DNA from: Fimbriimonadales bacterium
GTDB lineage: Bacteria; Armatimonadota; Fimbriimonadia; Fimbriimonadales; ATM1
DNA: 18,542 nucleotides
NCBI GenBank assembly: GCA_051003155.1
Contig: JBPCLO010000045.1
Span: 1-18,542 of the forward strand
Direction of reading: 5' to 3'
Made by a program: the position numbers and the translations under genes. The notes under the pieces are model-generated. The model saw only the letters and a program-made list of their open reading frames with translations, had not been told where the DNA came from and did no database searches. Of the stretch, positions 15,339 to 18,542 are shown in pieces; position 1 is the first letter of the stretch, and the number at the start of each line of letters is the position of its first letter.

Positions 15339-17063
15339 CCAGCGGATGCTCCTCTAGTTAAACTGGATGGCTTCAGCTCCGCCGACGATGGAATCCTCTG
15401 CGGATACCTGATTCGAAAAGGGTCAGTCAACGTCAAGCCGCTTCTTTGGGTGGGTACGAGCGTCGTTGCAGATCGTGACCCTGGAGAACCGTTGCCAACG
15501 GTCGCGGCAACAGCGAGACGTATTGCCACACTCGACTTTGGCGGCCCGGCGTTTCCAGAAGAGTGGCTCCTCGCGATGGCCGTGATCGAGCGGACCAGAG
15601 AGCATAACGGCTTTGCAGCCGCGCTTCTTGCGGAGGCCAAAAGGAACATGATCTACTCTACCAACCGGGATTTGATACCGAAAGAAGGCGCGAGCATTGG
15701 AAACCGGATGGCCTTCCTGGCGCTTGGCCATTGGATGAACGCAATCATCGATCCTGACATGGATCGAGCGTACACATCAGAGCAGTTTGATCGCCTACTA
15801 AAGAGAAACCCCGAAATCGCAAGCCGTACAGCAAAGCAGGCGCTGTCCGATCTCGATGAGACTGTGAAGAAGAGATATCGCGGAAACGATCCCGACGAGG
15901 TTCTGATCGACGCACTCTGCGAAAGTCAGGTGGCCGGTGGCGAACTTTCCTCCCCTGACCGGTCTACGGCGATATTGTACGTGACCCTTTCGGCCATCGT
16001 AGACAGGGGCTTTGAGATTGTTCCGAAACTCGTGGATCATGTAACCGACCGCCGTCTCACCAGGGCTTACCATCATGGAATGAACAGGGCCCCTTCAACT
16101 CTGTGCACCGTCGGTGACGTTTGCACCGCACTTCTTTTCAGCATGCTGGACACAAGAGCGACGACTTGGCCCCGTGGCGACCATGAAATGCAGAATGAAT
16201 TACGGTTAACGTGGATCAAAGTCCAACGAATCGGGGAGCGCGAGCATTGTCTTTCTAGGCTAAGCGATACGCGAAGCGGCTCGCCGTCAGAATCGCTGGT
16301 TCGGATGGCAAAGAAGAATTGCCCAGACGTCTTTCCTGAGGTGTACCGACGGCTATTGGCGCAGAGACCCGGAGTGGACACAAGTTCGATATTGATCGCG
16401 ATGGAGCAAACGCTAAAGCCGAAGGAGGCGCTTGTGGAACTGGCGCTGCTTGGCACCGCGCACACGGATCTGACTCGCGTCCACTCGGCGCTCTCGACCT
16501 TAAGGCGCATTGATCAAACCATATTTGATCGCGAAATGACCCAGGCACTGAATGGGTTACCGTCGGCAGGATTTAACACATGGCATCGACGATCTATGTT
16601 TCCATTATTCGCACGTCTTGCGGCCAACGGCGAGTCGGAGGATGTTTGGAAAGCACTTTCTGTAGTGACGAAAAAGGCAATGGTAGACTTGCGGTTAGAG
16701 TTGATAAATCAGAGCTCGTACGCCAACCATTCGCCGAATGCGAAGCGCAGGTGGCTGGCCTATCTTATGGAGTTCTTCGACGATGAGAGCGAACCGTCGA
16801 AGGGCAATCCGACAGGCGCAGAAGAAGTCAAGAGTGGCCATCCGAACATTTATAGCGAGCGCGTGCAGGATTTGGCCGTATTCCTCGCGGCGAAAGCCCT
16901 CGATATCGGCGCGATTCCGAAGGCCGATGCAAGCAGAGAGGCTTGGGCAAAGCTGCGTGCGGAGGCGCGCAGGAGCATCATGGCGGCGCCGGCGAATGAC
17001 AAGACGCTGCGCAGGACCATTGCGGCGAATCGGCAGACGACACGAAATAGGGTCGGTGTGTAG
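15219..17063 (+). CDS. Secreted hypothetical protein (614 aa), mostly alpha-helical/HEAT-like
   Basis: Long ORF with a signal peptide and amphipathic helical segments (IVPKLVDHVTDRRLTR, TVGDVCTALL, RVQDLAVFLAAKAL). Confidence 0.8.
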   Translation: MGALLLIGMVTAIAAGQSSSSLNELDRLVTLYKSYELPLPPADAPLVKLDGFSSADDGILCGYLIRKGSVNVKPLLWVGTSVVADRDPGEPLPTVAATARRIATLDFGGPAFPEEWLLAMAVIERTREHNGFAAALLAEAKRNMIYSTNRDLIPKEGASIGNRMAFLALGHWMNAIIDPDMDRAYTSEQFDRLLKRNPEIASRTAKQALSDLDETVKKRYRGNDPDEVLIDALCESQVAGGELSSPDRSTAILYVTLSAIVDRGFEIVPKLVDHVTDRRLTRAYHHGMNRAPSTLCTVGDVCTALLFSMLDTRATTWPRGDHEMQNELRLTWIKVQRIGEREHCLSRLSDTRSGSPSESLVRMAKKNCPDVFPEVYRRLLAQRPGVDTSSILIAMEQTLKPKEALVELALLGTAHTDLTRVHSALSTLRRIDQTIFDREMTQALNGLPSAGFNTWHRRSMFPLFARLAANGESEDVWKALSVVTKKAMVDLRLELINQSSYANHSPNAKRRWLAYLMEFFDDESEPSKGNPTGAEEVKSGHPNIYSERVQDLAVFLAAKALDIGAIPKADASREAWAKLRAEARRSIMAAPANDKTLRRTIAANRQTTRNRVGV

Positions 17064-17065
17064 TA

Positions 17066-17639
17066 GTGTCGAACATTCTTGGGCTGTCCGCGCCATTGGT
17101 GCTTGTAATCTCTTTGACTAATTTCGCTGTCGGTTGTAGGCAATCGCCTCAACAAGGGGCAACTTCTGCCTCTGATCGGACTTTTCAGTTGGCCGTAGAT
17201 CAGGTAACAACAGCGCTCAAAACAGGGAGTGCCGAGGAGGTGTTAGCGCTGCTTGCCGAGCAGGTCGAATATGTGCAGATCGTTCGCCTTTATGATATAG
17301 ACTTCAATGATGAATCGCGTCGCAAGCTGTTCCCGCCGATATTTAGACTGCAGGACTTTAAGATCGAAGGTACGGGTCAATATTCGATGGTCGTTTCTTC
17401 ATTTGCGGGCTCGTCCAAGAGGTCGCCACAATCGATCGAGCTTTTAAGCAAGTTCATCCGGTTGTACAAGAACTCATATTTCATTGCTGCCGACGACGGC
17501 AAAGGCATCTCCGAGGCCCCCTTGCGGGGGGTTCCGCTCGTTGGCTGGCACGATCGCGAGCAACGCTGAATGGCGGATCGAGTTTGTTAAAGAGGGAGAT
17601 CGTTGGTTGATCGCTCGCATTGCTGTCGGTTCGCATTGA
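17066..17639 (+). pseudogene. Hypothetical lipoprotein interrupted by a frameshift, most simply in a G6 tract (pseudogene, phase variant or sequencing error)
   Basis: Lipobox FAVG-C. The ORF stops at 17569, but removing one G from GGGGGG (17526-17531) continues it as LRGFRSLAGTIASNAEWRIEFVKEGDRWLIARIAVGSH-stop (17637-17639). Confidence 0.7.
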
Positions 17640-17738
17640 ACGCGATTTTGTTAGCTGAACCGTGGAGCGGGGGCTAGCGGAAGGAGCTTCGGGAGTACGA
17701 TGGAGCCCACCCCTCTGCCTCAGTTCTGGACAAGAAAC

Positions 17739-18137
17739 CTACTGGCCCCTCTCGATACGCTTGCCGCCAAGAAACATAACCCGTTCTCCCTCGCCAGTTG
17801 GAAAAATGAAGGCAGCCACTATAACGAGTAGCGCGACAATTGCGACACTCGCCACGGCCCCAATCGCAAATCTACCCGTGTTCGGCTTGGTTCCTGTAAC
17901 CGAACCATTGCGTTTGCTCGCTGCACGACGGCGGGCACGATCGACGAGAAGGAGGGCAGCTGGGCATGCGATTGGCAAGACGACGTACGGGACCAAGTAG
18001 GCAAATTCGCTAAGTCGCCCTGCTGCAAAGAATTCGGGTTTCGGTGGTGAGAAGGTCGCTGCAAGCTGATCCCAGAGGAACCTGCAAGCGAAGAGTAGGC
18101 CAACGAGCGAAGACGCGATTGCGGCGATGCGTAACAT
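17739..18137 (-). CDS. Hypothetical membrane protein (3 TM)
   Basis: Three clear hydrophobic segments, with an Arg-rich loop after the second. Confidence 0.6.
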   Translation of the reverse strand: MLRIAAIASSLVGLLFACRFLWDQLAATFSPPKPEFFAAGRLSEFAYLVPYVVLPIACPAALLLVDRARRRAASKRNGSVTGTKPNTGRFAIGAVASVAIVALLVIVAAFIFPTGEGERVMFLGGKRIERGQ

Positions 18138-18416
18138 TGGTTCGTTAACGTGGCCCTCGTAACGGGCGCGCGAGTCCCACCGTCTTTGCAGTATGACAAA
18201 GGCTGTGGGGATGGGGATGCTCTTGTGCTCGACGATCCACGGGTATCCGGGCTCTATTTGTAGGAACGGAAGCCGATTTTGCTGTATAGCAAGAACTAGT
18301 TCACCAGCTCATGCCGCAGAGGCTGGTTCGAAAGACGTTTGGCTTGTTTCGTGTCAGCATGTCCCCGCCCGCTGACCGTGCTAACATTAAAACTGTGAGT
18401 CTATCGGAGCTCGTTA

Positions 18417-18542
18417 TGACTGGTACCCCATAATCTGACCACCCCTGAGTTTTAGTTTCCGTCTCAAGAAACAAGGAGACGCGAAAATGAACAGAGGAAA
18501 ACGCTACAGCGAGGACCAGATCATAAGGGTTCTCAAGGAGAT
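18417..18542 (+). mobile_element. Left end of an IS3-family insertion sequence (IS407-group-like), truncated by the window end
   Basis: Begins 5'-TGACTGGTACCCCATAATCTGACCACC (TG terminus typical of IS3 inverted repeats), followed by an AAGGAG SD and the OrfA start. Confidence 0.8.
18487..18542 (+). CDS. IS3-family transposase OrfA, N-terminal fragment
   Basis: MNRGKRYSEDQIIRVLKE resembles the R[FY]SEEQII..LKE start of HTH_Tnp_1 OrfA proteins. Confidence 0.85.
   Translation, partial: MNRGKRYSEDQIIRVLKE

Noticed and set aside
12305..18137. Integron cassette array, CRISPR or DGR as the cause of the orphan genes and repeat
   Set aside because: No convincing attC sites, integrase, spaced short repeats or reverse transcriptase were seen. 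The repeat mismatches are not adenine-specific and lie at gene 5' ends.

Overview
GC-rich bacterial window. The gene content (DUF1559/prepilin-like protein, SBBP-repeat remnant, orphan lipoproteins) suggests Armatimonadota or a PVC-like lineage, which is an inference. The left half holds metabolic genes: partial thyX, a PhnP-like MBL hydrolase, an MFS transporter, a YumC-type ferredoxin-NADP reductase, moaD-moaE, a degenerate class III cyclase, a CADD-like HDO protein and a DUF1559 protein. The middle holds two minus-strand two-gene modules: a 4-TM coiled-coil protein with a VWA lipoprotein, and an HMA-fold protein with a secreted DUF1326 protein. The main finding is that the HMA gene, truncated in the ORF track, starts at 11814 and reads GMS-TGA-GGC, with a perfect bacterial SECIS-like hairpin 10 nt after the TGA. 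It is therefore a likely secreted UxxC selenoprotein. The right part is an accessory tract of orphan secreted proteins, with a 144-bp duplicated promoter plus N-terminus cassette and a homopolymer frameshift, ending in the left end of an IS3-family element. Many genes have a -10 box 6-8 nt before the start codon (leaderless signature), and three genes appear to use ACG or CTG starts.
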